64,000 nucleotides of DNA from a virus (IMGVR_UViG_3300025133_000019); one strand, 5' to 3'; counted from the first letter of the stretch, positions 34,917-45,977 are shown. The notes: generated by a model not told the origin, from the letters alone. Numbers and translations: made by a program.

Positions 34917-36767
34917 ATGGTTGTTAAGTCTAATACAAATCAACTTCCTGTACACAAAAAACAGGAAGTCCTGTCTTTTAACCCCATTAAAAAAGTCATA
35001 GAGCGTGGTGTTGATACCGCTGTCGGACTTTCAAGAGGGATGACAGGTATTTTGAGAAATAAAGACGCAAAAAGACGGGTTAGTCAAATAAATACCTTGA
35101 TTACCAAGCTAGAAAAAATGGTAATATTTGCCAGAAAAAGAGGGGAGGACCTTAAAGATAATACAGAACTGGAAGACTCCTTAATAACAGAAATAAACAA
35201 ATTAAGACCGTCTTTACTAGAAAAGAGGTACATTAAAACTAAGTTGGACGGGTTTTTTGAAGAGGTCTCTCTAAACGATTACGACTTAGAGAATTACATC
35301 TCTAAAAAGATAAAAGAGAGTTTCGAAAAGGACATCAACTTGCTAGGAGACACGGGTGCCCAAGAAACTCTAATAAAAGATATTTTATCCAGAGGAAACT
35401 TCGAGAAAGAGTTCGTAAAACGAAACCTACTAGAAATTTTAAATCATTCTGCTGACTATGCGAGTATAGCCATAGACTCCCTGGACATAATCCTCGAAGA
35501 ACTCGAAAAATATAAAACTAATTCTAGGGATTTTGAATACCTAAAAAAGATAAAATTTTATGATGATATTGAAAGAATGATTGAGGCAGGAGAGGAGATT
35601 AAACAAGAAATATTTACTTATATATCTGGTGGAGCTGTAAAAAAGATACTGACTTGGATGGGAGAAATCAAGGGTTCTAGCTGGTCTCAAGAGGGGGAGG
35701 GCTCTGTAACGCACTTCACCGATAAAGCACATTTTATTAGAGACCAAGCAGAAAGTCTCTTGGGTCTTAGGGACGGAAGAGAAGCCTTAGAAAAGTTCAT
35801 CTCTACAGAAAACGGAATCCTTAAAAGAAGACTGGAAGAAGTAGAACTAATGCTTGGAGGAGTAGAGAGGCTCCAAGAAAAACATCACGAGCTTGGAGCC
35901 GACTTGGTTAAGTTCAAGCAGGCCGGAAAAGACTTATACGAGTGGATACAAAAAACCCCCGCTAATGAAATAGATGGTCAAGATATAATGGATGCTGCAA
36001 ACGAGGTAGATGCTATTATGGAAGTCCTAGATGAAGTAGAAGCTACTCTAGAAGAAGACGAAAAGAAAGAGGAGGATGGATTTTTTGACTTAATTAATAA
36101 CTCTAAAAAAGTTGTAGACGGTTCTAAATATTTGGTAAAAATGCGGGAAAGCCTAGAAAATAAAATACAGTTATCTATAGGCATAATTACCGGAATGTTA
36201 AAGGACCTGCATCCTGAAGAGCCTGAAAGCCTTAAGGATAGAAAATACGTAGAAGGTCTAAAAGACCTTCTACGTACTCTAAAAGAAATAGAAATAAACG
36301 AGTACACTCTAAGAATTACTTATTTTGAAGACGAATCTAGCAAAGATATTTATATCTCTAACCTATCTTTTGACAAAAGAATAAAGCGTTTGAGCAAAAA
36401 ACTTAAAGTCCTGGAGAACAAGTTCAACTCCCTAGTCACAAACGACACCTCTGAAGTTTTAGCAAGGCAAATAGGATTTATAGTTCAAAGCTTGAGTGTA
36501 CAAGTTTTTAGCTATTTCCTAGCATCTAAGTTTGAAAAAAGAACTGAAAAATTGTTTATAGATTATAAAAACTTAAACAAAATGGTTAGAGCATCCGGAG
36601 GAAGGTCTCTAGTAGGTATATTGTCTACTCTCAAACGTCAGGGTATACAATTATCTAGAGTAAAAGAACTCTTTTCTGTTGCCGAGGATTCCGAGTTAGA
36701 AGAACGAGAGTTAGTTCTGGTAGAAAAAACCGACAGACTCAGGATAATTAAAAACCTAAAGGGCTAA
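34917..36767 (+). CDS. large helical hypothetical protein
   Basis: 616-aa ORF, coiled-coil rich. Confidence 0.75.
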   Translation: MVVKSNTNQLPVHKKQEVLSFNPIKKVIERGVDTAVGLSRGMTGILRNKDAKRRVSQINTLITKLEKMVIFARKRGEDLKDNTELEDSLITEINKLRPSLLEKRYIKTKLDGFFEEVSLNDYDLENYISKKIKESFEKDINLLGDTGAQETLIKDILSRGNFEKEFVKRNLLEILNHSADYASIAIDSLDIILEELEKYKTNSRDFEYLKKIKFYDDIERMIEAGEEIKQEIFTYISGGAVKKILTWMGEIKGSSWSQEGEGSVTHFTDKAHFIRDQAESLLGLRDGREALEKFISTENGILKRRLEEVELMLGGVERLQEKHHELGADLVKFKQAGKDLYEWIQKTPANEIDGQDIMDAANEVDAIMEVLDEVEATLEEDEKKEEDGFFDLINNSKKVVDGSKYLVKMRESLENKIQLSIGIITGMLKDLHPEEPESLKDRKYVEGLKDLLRTLKEIEINEYTLRITYFEDESSKDIYISNLSFDKRIKRLSKKLKVLENKFNSLVTNDTSEVLARQIGFIVQSLSVQVFSYFLASKFEKRTEKLFIDYKNLNKMVRASGGRSLVGILSTLKRQGIQLSRVKELFSVAEDSELEERELVLVEKTDRLRIIKNLKG

Positions 36768-39700
36768 TTTAAGTCTATAGCCATATCACCTAAATAGTGG
36801 TATGGAATATCATCAGTAATACTTTGGTCCTTAATTTCCTCGTCTTCTTTTAAAGCGTTCTCAATTAAGTCTTCTTCCTCATTCTCTATAAAATTCTCTT
36901 TTATAACAGAATCTACACTCTTTTCAATTCGAGAGGAAGTTTTGAAGTGCTCCGGAAACTCCTCTTGTATAGCCAAGAAGGTCTGATTAAATCCTCTTTC
37001 ACTTATAAGCCTACTGAGATAACTAATAACCCTGGATTTAGCCTCGTTAACTTTCTTCTCAAAATTATACTTATTATCGAGATTCATATTCATAACCTCA
37101 AATTCAGCTTTGTACTCTTCCCTTATAAGTTTCTTGATCAAGATTCCCAATTGAATAACTGGATTTATAATTTCGAATCTTGCTAAACTCTCTGCTAAAT
37201 CGTTTTTATTCTCTTCCTCTAAATCTGGAAAAGCCCTTGATAACAAGTCTTGGAAAAAAGGAACGCTCACATAAAGGTTCATGATCTCTCTTGGAGAAAC
37301 TAACGAAGTTTCCGTTATTTCCTTTTTCTTTCGTTTTTGGTTTAACTCTTGGACCAAGGCTCGATTAACCTGAGGCTTGATATTTTTCAGGAGATCAATC
37401 CAAGTTTTATAGATTAAGTCTTTTAATGCAGAAGGAGAAATATCTGCGTTGGATATTCTACTTTTTATTTTCCTATTTAAAATAGTTCGGTAAGAAGGTA
37501 TATTGGCCAAATCTAATCCTAATTGATTGTTCAAATTGGACTTTAGAAACTTAGGCAGTAATTTCTTTTCAATACTGGTTATCCTGTTCTGATAGTCTTC
37601 TTCTGTTTCACTCTCTTCTTGTTGTAGCAGAGAACCCTCTTGCTGAGATTTTATCCAGCCAGCTAGCTCTTCCAGCTTAGTATCTATAAACTTGCCGTTG
37701 TCTAGTTCATCTATATTTAAATACTGGTCACTCAAGGAAGTTAAATCTTGCATCGTCATTTTTAGTTGACCTAGCTGCTGATCTCTTTCTTTTTCATAAT
37801 TAGGGTTTTTAAATAAGAAGACTTCTCTAGATTCTTCTGGAAGACTGCTTAAATCGGGCTTAATAGTTCTCAAGTTATGCTGCATAACAGCTAATTTATC
37901 TTTGGCTGTTTGCTGAGCTTCATCGGCTATGTAATGCTTGTACCACTGATATTCTATAGAAACTTCTCCGTACTTATCCTTAATAGCCTTACTAAAAGGG
38001 CCACTAAGCATGTCGAAAATGTTTTCGAACTCATTTTTAAAGTGTTCTATTTTTTGAATATACGCATAGTTTTCTTTCTGAGGATCATTAATCCTGGTGT
38101 TGGTTTTATCTAAAGAAACGAATAGTAATTTATTTTTAGCTTGGTCTCTTCTATCCATACCAGTATCTGCTATTGACCCCTCGGAATCTTTGTTTATAAG
38201 AACTCCGTTGGGGGTCATTTCGACTCTGGTGAAATTATTAGCTTCATTCTTAAATACGGTAAGAAAAAAGGCTTCGAAATTAGTGTTATTAATTGTTTCC
38301 CCGTTAACGGTTCTTTTTCTAGATATTGCTCCGCTAGATGTTATTAGCTGATCAAAAAACATGTCTACAACACTTTTACTAGATCTATGTAAATTATGAA
38401 GCTCTTCTAGTGTGCTTGAATATTCTTCATCTCCGGTATTAGATGTTCTATACCCGTAAATAAGATAAGGGAACAAATACATCTCAGCCCATCCAGCGAT
38501 ATCTCCATAAGTATCCTGTATAATTCGGCCTTCGCTGTCTTTTGCAGGGCTTTTAAACCTTTGTGTAACATATTTTTTAGCGCTCATAACAGGTTTCTGT
38601 GTATTAAACCAGTTCTCTCTTTCTGCTAAAGCGGTTAGTAGTTTATATGGAGAAGACGTATCTATTTTTGTGTCGTTCAAATAAAACCCCAAGGAACTAT
38701 TCCTCAGTTCCTCAGTCCAACTAGTTTTATCCCTTCCAAGTAAAGAATCAGTAAGCTTGTTTACATACCCGCCTCTTTTGTGAAAAGTCTTATTAATAGA
38801 ATTAATAGATTTCCCCCAATCGAAATTCTTACCCTCTTTCACGTATTTACTCATTAGAGTAAGATTTTTACCGATGGAAGACTTACTTTTTCTTGAAAGG
38901 CTGTCTAATAATTTTAAAGCCTTGTTCCACTTTCTGTACCCTATTTGGTGATGTTCCTCTAATTTCGAGAATAGCTCATAGCCTAAATCTTTTACCATTC
39001 TATTTAAAGCGTACAAGAAAGTTTTCCAGTATTTATCTGTTGCTTTACTATTTATAAACTGGGAGATAAGGTCTTCTGACTCATTTTGCAGAATTCGCAC
39101 TCCTCTCGTAAAAGTTTCTTGAACTCTTTTCTTATCTTCATTGGACTTAAATTTAGAGCTGTCAGATAGCAGGGTTTCCAGGTAGGTTAAACCGAACGCC
39201 TCTTTGCCGGACTTCCCAAAGAATATTGTGTTGTTAATCTTTTTTAGCTGTGCAAGCCTGACTTTCTTTATTTTAAGTTTTAGTTCCCTGCTTTCGGGGT
39301 CTTTAGTTTTTGACCCTAGAGTGTAAGTTGTAGCATAATTTTCTTCTATCAAAGTCTCTATGTCTACTTTATAGTCAGCCAAAAATTTCAACAAAGTCTT
39401 GAGCTGACCACCCCATGTCAACTGATTCTTATGGTAATTAGAAATTCCCAGAGACTTTCTTTTGAGCTTGTCAATAAAAATGGGCCAACTGGAACTAGAT
39501 ATTTTATCTCTGTATTTATCAAGGACGAATCTGAGGCCAGCTTTATAACTTTCCAGAGTAAGATTCAATTCCTGCTTAGTCATTAAGTTATCTAGATCAT
39601 TAATCTTGTCCCAAGAACTCTTCCTCACTTTCTTGAATTCCACTTTTATTTTTTGAATTATATCTGTAATGGAGTCGTCACTTAAAGTCTCTAGTACTTC

Positions 39701-40345
39701 ATCTAGATCTAAAGACTCTGTGAACTCGATTAACTGTTCTCGTTGGGCGAAATTTTTACGGTGTAGCTCATCAAGAAGAAACTTAAGATTAACTTCGACT
39801 TCTTCGTGTATACTGGTTATAATTTTTTTAGCTTTTTGAGCATTACTTTTCTTTTCCTCTTCTACTAGATTTGCTGTAGTTTGGTCAGTTTGGTCCCTTA
39901 TACCAGAATCACTTTGATATAGAGCTTGCCTTATATTATCAATAGCCACAAGCTTTTCTTGGGGAGTACCAGCTCCTAGAGACGTACCAAGCACTTTTCT
40001 CATGTCTTGATAATTATTTTTTTCAATGCCTTTCAGAGATAATATGGAATGCTCCCAATCAGGAACCCTTTCTAAGTCATTCTTATACAGATCTATTCTA
40101 GCTTTTATTTGCTTTCCTAGATCAACGGACATAGAGACTAGGTCGTCGTGGCCTAAGCTACTATGGACTTGGACGGCATTGCCAGATTCCTCATCGTCTA
40201 AAGTATCAACTACCACGGAAGAAATCTCTGTATCTAAGGCATAGTCAGTTTCTGGTATTATGTTTTCTCCGTCCTCAGATTCTTCTCGTAACTTTTGTTC
40301 GAGAGACTTCTTCAGAGTAGAAAGAAGAGTGTGTCGGGAAGCCAT
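36764..40345 (-). CDS. very large helical hypothetical protein
   Basis: 1193-aa ORF; GGAG SD. Confidence 0.8.
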   Translation of the reverse strand: MASRHTLLSTLKKSLEQKLREESEDGENIIPETDYALDTEISSVVVDTLDDEESGNAVQVHSSLGHDDLVSMSVDLGKQIKARIDLYKNDLERVPDWEHSILSLKGIEKNNYQDMRKVLGTSLGAGTPQEKLVAIDNIRQALYQSDSGIRDQTDQTTANLVEEEKKSNAQKAKKIITSIHEEVEVNLKFLLDELHRKNFAQREQLIEFTESLDLDEVLETLSDDSITDIIQKIKVEFKKVRKSSWDKINDLDNLMTKQELNLTLESYKAGLRFVLDKYRDKISSSSWPIFIDKLKRKSLGISNYHKNQLTWGGQLKTLLKFLADYKVDIETLIEENYATTYTLGSKTKDPESRELKLKIKKVRLAQLKKINNTIFFGKSGKEAFGLTYLETLLSDSSKFKSNEDKKRVQETFTRGVRILQNESEDLISQFINSKATDKYWKTFLYALNRMVKDLGYELFSKLEEHHQIGYRKWNKALKLLDSLSRKSKSSIGKNLTLMSKYVKEGKNFDWGKSINSINKTFHKRGGYVNKLTDSLLGRDKTSWTEELRNSSLGFYLNDTKIDTSSPYKLLTALAERENWFNTQKPVMSAKKYVTQRFKSPAKDSEGRIIQDTYGDIAGWAEMYLFPYLIYGYRTSNTGDEEYSSTLEELHNLHRSSKSVVDMFFDQLITSSGAISRKRTVNGETINNTNFEAFFLTVFKNEANNFTRVEMTPNGVLINKDSEGSIADTGMDRRDQAKNKLLFVSLDKTNTRINDPQKENYAYIQKIEHFKNEFENIFDMLSGPFSKAIKDKYGEVSIEYQWYKHYIADEAQQTAKDKLAVMQHNLRTIKPDLSSLPEESREVFLFKNPNYEKERDQQLGQLKMTMQDLTSLSDQYLNIDELDNGKFIDTKLEELAGWIKSQQEGSLLQQEESETEEDYQNRITSIEKKLLPKFLKSNLNNQLGLDLANIPSYRTILNRKIKSRISNADISPSALKDLIYKTWIDLLKNIKPQVNRALVQELNQKRKKKEITETSLVSPREIMNLYVSVPFFQDLLSRAFPDLEEENKNDLAESLARFEIINPVIQLGILIKKLIREEYKAEFEVMNMNLDNKYNFEKKVNEAKSRVISYLSRLISERGFNQTFLAIQEEFPEHFKTSSRIEKSVDSVIKENFIENEEEDLIENALKEDEEIKDQSITDDIPYHYLGDMAIDLN

Positions 40346-40346
40346 T

Positions 40347-40718
40347 TTACTCCACTAAGTCTAAAAATTTTGTTAAAACGTTTTTTAAATCTTTAGTTTC
40401 ATTTAATCTAGCAAACTTAAGACTTGACAAATATTTCTCGGAGCTAAGGTCTTTAGCTTTAGCTATTGCCATAATATTTTCAAATTCTCCGGTACTAAAA
40501 TCCACGCTTACCCTGCTTGTTACTTCCACTCGATCCTCTGTTTTCGAAGCATTCCTAACCTTAGAAAGGTCTAGATGAATGTCTGCATTCAAAGCCAAAG
40601 TTCTAATGAATTCTGAAATACTCATGTTATATTGAGCAGCTCGTCTAGCAATGTCGTCATGCTCAGCTTCAGTAAGCCAAAAGTTAATTCTTTTATCTCG
40701 TAATCTATTATCAGCCAT
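40347..40718 (-). CDS. tandem ribbon-helix-helix (MobC-like) DNA-binding protein
   Basis: RDKRINFWLTEAEHDDIARRAAQYNMSISEFIR and a second unit RVSVDFSTGEFENIMAIAKAKDLSSEKYL. Confidence 0.72.
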   Translation of the reverse strand: MADNRLRDKRINFWLTEAEHDDIARRAAQYNMSISEFIRTLALNADIHLDLSKVRNASKTEDRVEVTSRVSVDFSTGEFENIMAIAKAKDLSSEKYLSSLKFARLNETKDLKNVLTKFLDLVE

Positions 40719-40728
40719 TATGTTATCC

Positions 40729-41265
40729 TCAACTAATTAACAACTTCCCTATACTATCTAGAAGTCGTATAATTTCTTTTCTATTAGAAAAAGAAAATTC
40801 CTCGTTATTTAACTCGTATTTTTCATAAATAACGTTTAATGCTTGCCCAAGTTTCTGGAAAAAGAGTCTAAATCTATCGTCATCAATATGTTTTATCTTA
40901 GCTCCGATTCTGACTGCCTTCCCACCAATAACCATGTCTAAAAAGTAATTCCCATTTGTATCTTCTTTAAGGCCAACCTTCAATTCATGAGGGTTTTGGC
41001 TTCTAAATCTGAATTTTATGTTTACTTTATTCCCAGATTTTCTTATGTCTACAAAATGTAAAGCCCCTTTGTGGGCAATTGACTTTCTTATCAGAGACTC
41101 AATATCTAACCCCAAAAAGTGGGACCTGTCTTTATTTTTTATATCTAATGGAATATTTTCGTTATCTAAAAATAACTCCGAAAATCTTTTTATAGAGGCT
41201 TCTAGTTGGTTATTGTTTATCATACAAAAATTCCCAAATATTAAAAAACTATCCAGAAATATCAC
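40729..41265 (-). CDS. hypothetical protein
   Basis: - strand operon. Confidence 0.6.
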   Translation of the reverse strand: MIFLDSFLIFGNFCMINNNQLEASIKRFSELFLDNENIPLDIKNKDRSHFLGLDIESLIRKSIAHKGALHFVDIRKSGNKVNIKFRFRSQNPHELKVGLKEDTNGNYFLDMVIGGKAVRIGAKIKHIDDDRFRLFFQKLGQALNVIYEKYELNNEEFSFSNRKEIIRLLDSIGKLLIS

Positions 41266-41342
41266 AAACCCCTTGATTTACTGGAGTAAGCATGTTATTA
41301 TATGGAATATAAGTACTTTATATAACAACTAAGGAAATTACT

Positions 41343-41636
41343 ATGAATAAGAAAGATCTAATTAGAGCAATATCAGACCGAGCTACTGTTTCGGCTGGTC
41401 AGGAAGTCTCTCAAGCTACTGTAGCCAGTGTTATTGATAGCTTTTGGGAAGTAGTTAGCGAAGCAGCTTCTACTAGTGGTCATATCAAAGCTTGGAATAT
41501 GTTGGATATTAAGCGTGTCCAAACTAAAGAGCGACAAGGTTATAACCCTAAAACTAGGGAGCCCATCACTATTCCAGCGGGAGAAACTGTAAAAGTTAAG
41601 CCGATGGCTAGACTGAAGCAAACAGTTTTATCGTAA
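41343..41636 (+). CDS. HU/IHF-family DNA-binding protein
   Basis: MNKKDLI...RQGYNPKTREPITIPA; TTGATT-17-TATTAT promoter at 41273. Confidence 0.9.
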   Translation: MNKKDLIRAISDRATVSAGQEVSQATVASVIDSFWEVVSEAASTSGHIKAWNMLDIKRVQTKERQGYNPKTREPITIPAGETVKVKPMARLKQTVLS

Positions 41637-41655
41637 CATAAAAGCTTCACGTTTT

Positions 41656-41689
41656 AAAGAGCCTCGGTTTAGCCGAGGCTCTTTTTTTT
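41656..41689 (+). terminator. intrinsic terminator
   Basis: AGAGCCTCGG-TTTAG-CCGAGGCTCT-TTTTTTT. Confidence 0.88.
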
Positions 41690-41720
41690 ATTTGCTATTC
41701 ATTATATTAAAGGTTGAATT

Positions 41721-42965
41721 ATGGTTAAAAAAAGCACTACCAAGTCTCCTGTTATAATAGATACTAACGTACTCTTAACAGATCCCTACATCTTAAATAA
41801 GTTCTCAAACAGAGAAATACTAATGCCTGTGGCGATTCTAAAAGAGCTGGACACCTTCAAGAAAGGGGCCTCTCTTATAAACAAGAACTCCAGAACAGTT
41901 ATAAGATTATTCGAGAAGATAAGAAAGACTCCTGTGGAACAAAGAAATGTTACATTCATGTCTGCCTCAGAGTACGACATAAAAAATCCTGTGGATGACA
42001 TAATTATAGAAATAGCCAAAAACCGGGGAGCTAAAATTATATCTAATGATATAAATGTAAGAGTCAGTGCTACTTGTGAAAATATAGACGCAGAAGATTA
42101 TAAACCACATAAAAATTTGGAAAGACACTCTCCCCAGTTATATAAAGGGCATACCCTACTCAGGAAAAACCCTTTTAGCAGACCTGAAAACTTGAGAAAG
42201 ACTCCTAATCACTATTTTGTATATGACGATGATAAGAACAACAAAAAAATATGTAAGTTTGTTAACGGAACTCTAAATCTTATAAAGTACCAGAGAATCC
42301 AACATATAGAAGGAATTGCCCCTTTAAATATATACCAGCAGATGGCTATGGACGCTCTGATGTCCCCTGAAATAGAAGTTGTTTCTTTAATAGGGAATGC
42401 TGGTACAGGTAAAACTTTGTTAGCTCTTGCTTGTGGTATTCAACAATGTAAATCATCATCCAACCCAAAATATTTAAGTGTATCAGTGGGACGAGCTATT
42501 GTTCCTATCGGAAGGGATATAGGAGCGCTGCCAGGAGACCTTGAAGATAAGATAAAACCTTATTTGTCTCCAGTATATGATAATTTAGAAGTTTTAGCAG
42601 AAGTAAACGGAGACCCTTACGATCAAACTTATTCAAATGATTTGTTTGACTCCCATATACTGTCTATCCAAGCTTTCTCTTTTATGAGAGGTAGAAGTAT
42701 AAGTAAGAAATACCTTATCATAGACGAAGCTCAAAACTTAACTCATCATGAAATTAAGACTATTGTAACTCGTGCTGGAAAAGGTACAAAGATAGTGTTT
42801 GTAGGTGACCCACAACAAATAGACATACCAGAATTAAATTCTGAAAATAACGGTTTAACTTACCTAACAGAAGCTTTCACGGGTCAAAAATGCTTTGCTA
42901 CCGTGACTCTAGAAAAAGTAGAGAGATCTGGATTAGCTGACTTGGCGGTAAAAATTCTAAAATAA
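41721..42965 (+). CDS. phoH: PIN-PhoH (PhoH2/YlaK-like) protein
   Basis: IIDTNVLL PIN motif; GNAGTGKT, GALPGDLEDK, MRGRS, IIDEAQN, GDPQQID. Confidence 0.92.
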   Translation: MVKKSTTKSPVIIDTNVLLTDPYILNKFSNREILMPVAILKELDTFKKGASLINKNSRTVIRLFEKIRKTPVEQRNVTFMSASEYDIKNPVDDIIIEIAKNRGAKIISNDINVRVSATCENIDAEDYKPHKNLERHSPQLYKGHTLLRKNPFSRPENLRKTPNHYFVYDDDKNNKKICKFVNGTLNLIKYQRIQHIEGIAPLNIYQQMAMDALMSPEIEVVSLIGNAGTGKTLLALACGIQQCKSSSNPKYLSVSVGRAIVPIGRDIGALPGDLEDKIKPYLSPVYDNLEVLAEVNGDPYDQTYSNDLFDSHILSIQAFSFMRGRSISKKYLIIDEAQNLTHHEIKTIVTRAGKGTKIVFVGDPQQIDIPELNSENNGLTYLTEAFTGQKCFATVTLEKVERSGLADLAVKILK

Positions 42966-43040
42966 AGTATTGTGCATAAACACGTTACTGTGCTATATTT
43001 ATTCTGTTGACGTAAAACATTAAACAGGAGAAAGACGAGC

Positions 43041-43865
43041 ATGGCTTTAACATCTTTATCACAAAACCTTCTTCAAAGGGCTGGAGTACACACCTCCGCA
43101 CCAACAGAAGTAGTGACCCCCGAACCTGAAGTTGCTCCAGAGGTAGAGCAGCCCGTACAAGTGGAAGCCGTAACTCCGGCTTTTCAAGCTGTCTGTAATG
43201 ACAGAGATATTAACACTCAAGAAAATCTTACGACTTACGCTCTGAATTTGGAGAGGTATTCCGATAGTGGTAACTTCTTCACTCTAAGTTACAACGCAGA
43301 CCTAGGTTTTATCAGGATAGCTGTCACAGACGTTCCTGATAACGCAAAACAGATAGGAGCCACTCACAAAGTTAAGCTTAATAGCTTGATTAAAACATTT
43401 CTAGGTGTTACCGCTCCTTTTAACGCTCAGCAATACTGGTACAGCTCAAAACCAGTTGTAGACGTATTCTTTAGTCATGACAACTTCCCTTTGGTGGATG
43501 AAGTGGATTTGACTCTTGCTGATCTATCTACCCCAGGAGCTGTTTTAACAAGAGCTGCTAGAGGTTCTAAAAACACTTCGGTGAATCTGTTCTTAAGCTC
43601 TAAAATCACAGAACAACTCGTCAATCCTAATAGACCTTACGTAAGGGTTTATTACAACACAGCGTTACGATCTATGAAGCTAGAGACTTTGGTAGATGAA
43701 GCTCCGGGTTTGTACAACTTTTACTTGAATGCTTCCGAAGAGCTTGCGATTACAAGTATGCAAGTACCTAACAATATAGCTGAGACATTCTTTGTTAGTG
43801 ATGACTCAGTTACTTCACAGAGAGTGCAAAACCAAACTGCAACCTCTGTGGTCCTCTCCTTTTAA
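43041..43865 (+). CDS. hypothetical protein
   Basis: AGGAG SD; followed by a bidirectional terminator. Confidence 0.75.
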   Translation: MALTSLSQNLLQRAGVHTSAPTEVVTPEPEVAPEVEQPVQVEAVTPAFQAVCNDRDINTQENLTTYALNLERYSDSGNFFTLSYNADLGFIRIAVTDVPDNAKQIGATHKVKLNSLIKTFLGVTAPFNAQQYWYSSKPVVDVFFSHDNFPLVDEVDLTLADLSTPGAVLTRAARGSKNTSVNLFLSSKITEQLVNPNRPYVRVYYNTALRSMKLETLVDEAPGLYNFYLNASEELAITSMQVPNNIAETFFVSDDSVTSQRVQNQTATSVVLSF

Positions 43866-43883
43866 CACCTACTACTCTCGCAC

Positions 43884-43912
43884 AAAAGCCTCAGATTCGT
43901 CTGGGGCTTTTT
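43884..43912. terminator. bidirectional terminator
   Basis: AAAAGCCTCAGA-TTCG-TCTGGGGCTTTTT between convergent genes. Confidence 0.8.
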
Positions 43913-44472
43913 CATTCCTCCCAGAGATGGTCATCGTAATAATCAAAGTCATAGTCTACTAGATATCCTCTAGACCCACTCCAATCACTATACATATACT
44001 CATCTCTAGGATAATCCCAGAAAGTTGCCGGAGACCCAGAACCTTCTCCCTCTGGATAATCAGAACCGCTTTGTTGGTTGTCCCACTCTCTAAGCAGGGA
44101 GCTGTCTGGATCATTTAAATAGGTGTAATTAAGATTCTGCATGAATTTCTTTCTTCCGAAAGACACCATGTTTCCGGAAACCTCTATGCTAACTCGGTAT
44201 ACGCCTCTCCTTATAACACCTTTAAGGTCATTATAAGCAGCCTTTACAAGCATCTCTGATCCATTAAGTTGGTTTGCCAAGCTTTTTATATCAAAGGTTA
44301 GCAGATCTTCAGGGCTTAATACCCCGGATTGTAATAAAAGACGGTGCAAATAAATTTTTATAGTTTTAAATGTTTCTATGTCTTCTAGGGATTGGAGATA
44401 GATTATTTTTCCGAGATACCTTAAAACCTGGAGTTTAACAGTATCTTTATTTTGATCTCCGTAGTCGGCCAT
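43912..44472 (-). CDS. hypothetical protein
   Basis: TAATG coupling. Confidence 0.7.
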   Translation of the reverse strand: MADYGDQNKDTVKLQVLRYLGKIIYLQSLEDIETFKTIKIYLHRLLLQSGVLSPEDLLTFDIKSLANQLNGSEMLVKAAYNDLKGVIRRGVYRVSIEVSGNMVSFGRKKFMQNLNYTYLNDPDSSLLREWDNQQSGSDYPEGEGSGSPATFWDYPRDEYMYSDWSGSRGYLVDYDFDYYDDHLWEE

Positions 44473-45302
44473 TACTTAATTTTTTTGATAATCTGGTCCA
44501 TCTCTTCGCTGAATGGCCCATCGCTCTTGAGCTTCACGTAGTCCTCACGATAATATGATCCTAGTTCAGCTAAAAGATCATCAAACTTATCTTCCAAGTT
44601 TTCTCTACTCTCAACTTCTATATTTAAAGAATTTATAAGGAATCTATGAAATCTGTGATCCCCTTTTTTCATGGAAAAACTGGGGGGAGAATAATTATAA
44701 GCTGAGTCGGATATTCCAGCTTCTTCTAAGGCATGTTGAATATCTGTTTTTATATTAGCGTCCTCAAACATTATTAAAAGTCTTCCTATATTGTAATTTT
44801 GAGTTTCTTTTTCAGGCTCTACTTCTTCCATAGGAGCTGGCTCTTCCGTATCTTCTTCCCCGGAGCTTTCCTCTCCTTCACCAGGAAGCTCTTCGGTATC
44901 CCCAGATTCTTCTGAGGTATCTTTAACAGAATCCTCTCCATAAAATTCCCTCATTTCTTCTTCGGTCAAAGCGTTTTCATGGGTCTCGTACTCTTCTTCT
45001 TTAGGTTGATCGGCCTCTTCTGGAGCAGTTTCTTCGGTCATAGTCTTTTTAACTTCTTTAGCCAACATCACATTAACTGTCTCTAAAAGTTTTGAAGCTT
45101 GCTCCCCGGTTTTGGAAGACACAAACTTGTTTATAACTTCTTCAGGAGTAACGTCTGTTTTAGACAGTTCTTTGTTAAGGGTGTCCATATCTAAAAGAAA
45201 CACGTCTTCTAACCCATCTTGTCTAGGTTCGTAGTTAGCGTAAGGAGCTTGGTTCTGTATTAAAGTGGAATCATCTATTCTAGAAAGTTTAGGATTTTTC
45301 AT
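44472..45302 (-). CDS. acidic hypothetical protein
   Basis: Glu-rich central region. Confidence 0.7.
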   Translation of the reverse strand: MKNPKLSRIDDSTLIQNQAPYANYEPRQDGLEDVFLLDMDTLNKELSKTDVTPEEVINKFVSSKTGEQASKLLETVNVMLAKEVKKTMTEETAPEEADQPKEEEYETHENALTEEEMREFYGEDSVKDTSEESGDTEELPGEGEESSGEEDTEEPAPMEEVEPEKETQNYNIGRLLIMFEDANIKTDIQHALEEAGISDSAYNYSPPSFSMKKGDHRFHRFLINSLNIEVESRENLEDKFDDLLAELGSYYREDYVKLKSDGPFSEEMDQIIKKIK

Positions 45303-45573
45303 TTTTTATCTTCTTCTTCACAATAGTGGATGGTATAGAGCAATGAGGACAGCATTGTTCATTAATAAATTCTTGCCATAAAGTAGGTTTAGATAGAAAA
45401 GGCTCTAAGCAGAACTCACATTTAAACAGTTTAAATAGCTCTACTTTGGATTCCTTCTGTAAACCAAAGAAATCTTCGTGAAGCTCTATACTAGAAGTTG
45501 AGGTGGTATAGTCGTCTGTATTCTCGAAAGCAGTATCTTTTAGTAGTTCATCTATTTCAGCGTTAGTTAACAT
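45289..45573 (-). CDS. zinc-ribbon protein
   Basis: CEFC...CPHC. Confidence 0.65.
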   Translation of the reverse strand: MLTNAEIDELLKDTAFENTDDYTTSTSSIELHEDFFGLQKESKVELFKLFKCEFCLEPFLSKPTLWQEFINEQCCPHCSIPSTIVKKKIKNEKS

Positions 45574-45575
45574 AA

Positions 45576-45977
45576 TTAGCCCCTCCAGAAATTAGGATCT
45601 CCGGCAGTGAACTTATAAATTTTCCTACCCAGGATAATCACATCCTTTTCAAAATGAATATCCGCTCTAATAATACCATAACTAACAGTAAGCTCTGTGG
45701 GAAACTTCCCTATTGTCTTAACAACTTTACCTTCTAACTCTTTTTTTAAGTCTTCTTCCTTAATATTAAGAAGCTTTATCCCGTTTTCTTTAAGGAATTG
45801 AGATAATAGTTTAGGTTTTATGGCGCTGGCAGGAGGGCGATAAAAGTCCTTTACCTTGTTTCCTGTGAAAGCTGTTCTAGAAAATCCCACATAAATAGCG
45901 GATAGAACATCCTTCATTTCTTTGTCTTTTGAGGAATATATTTTCAAAAAGTTGTTTACAGAATCTTGTAGCGCCAT
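45576..45977 (-). CDS. hypothetical protein
   Basis: First gene of the leftward operon. Confidence 0.65.
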   Translation of the reverse strand: MALQDSVNNFLKIYSSKDKEMKDVLSAIYVGFSRTAFTGNKVKDFYRPPASAIKPKLLSQFLKENGIKLLNIKEEDLKKELEGKVVKTIGKFPTELTVSYGIIRADIHFEKDVIILGRKIYKFTAGDPNFWRG

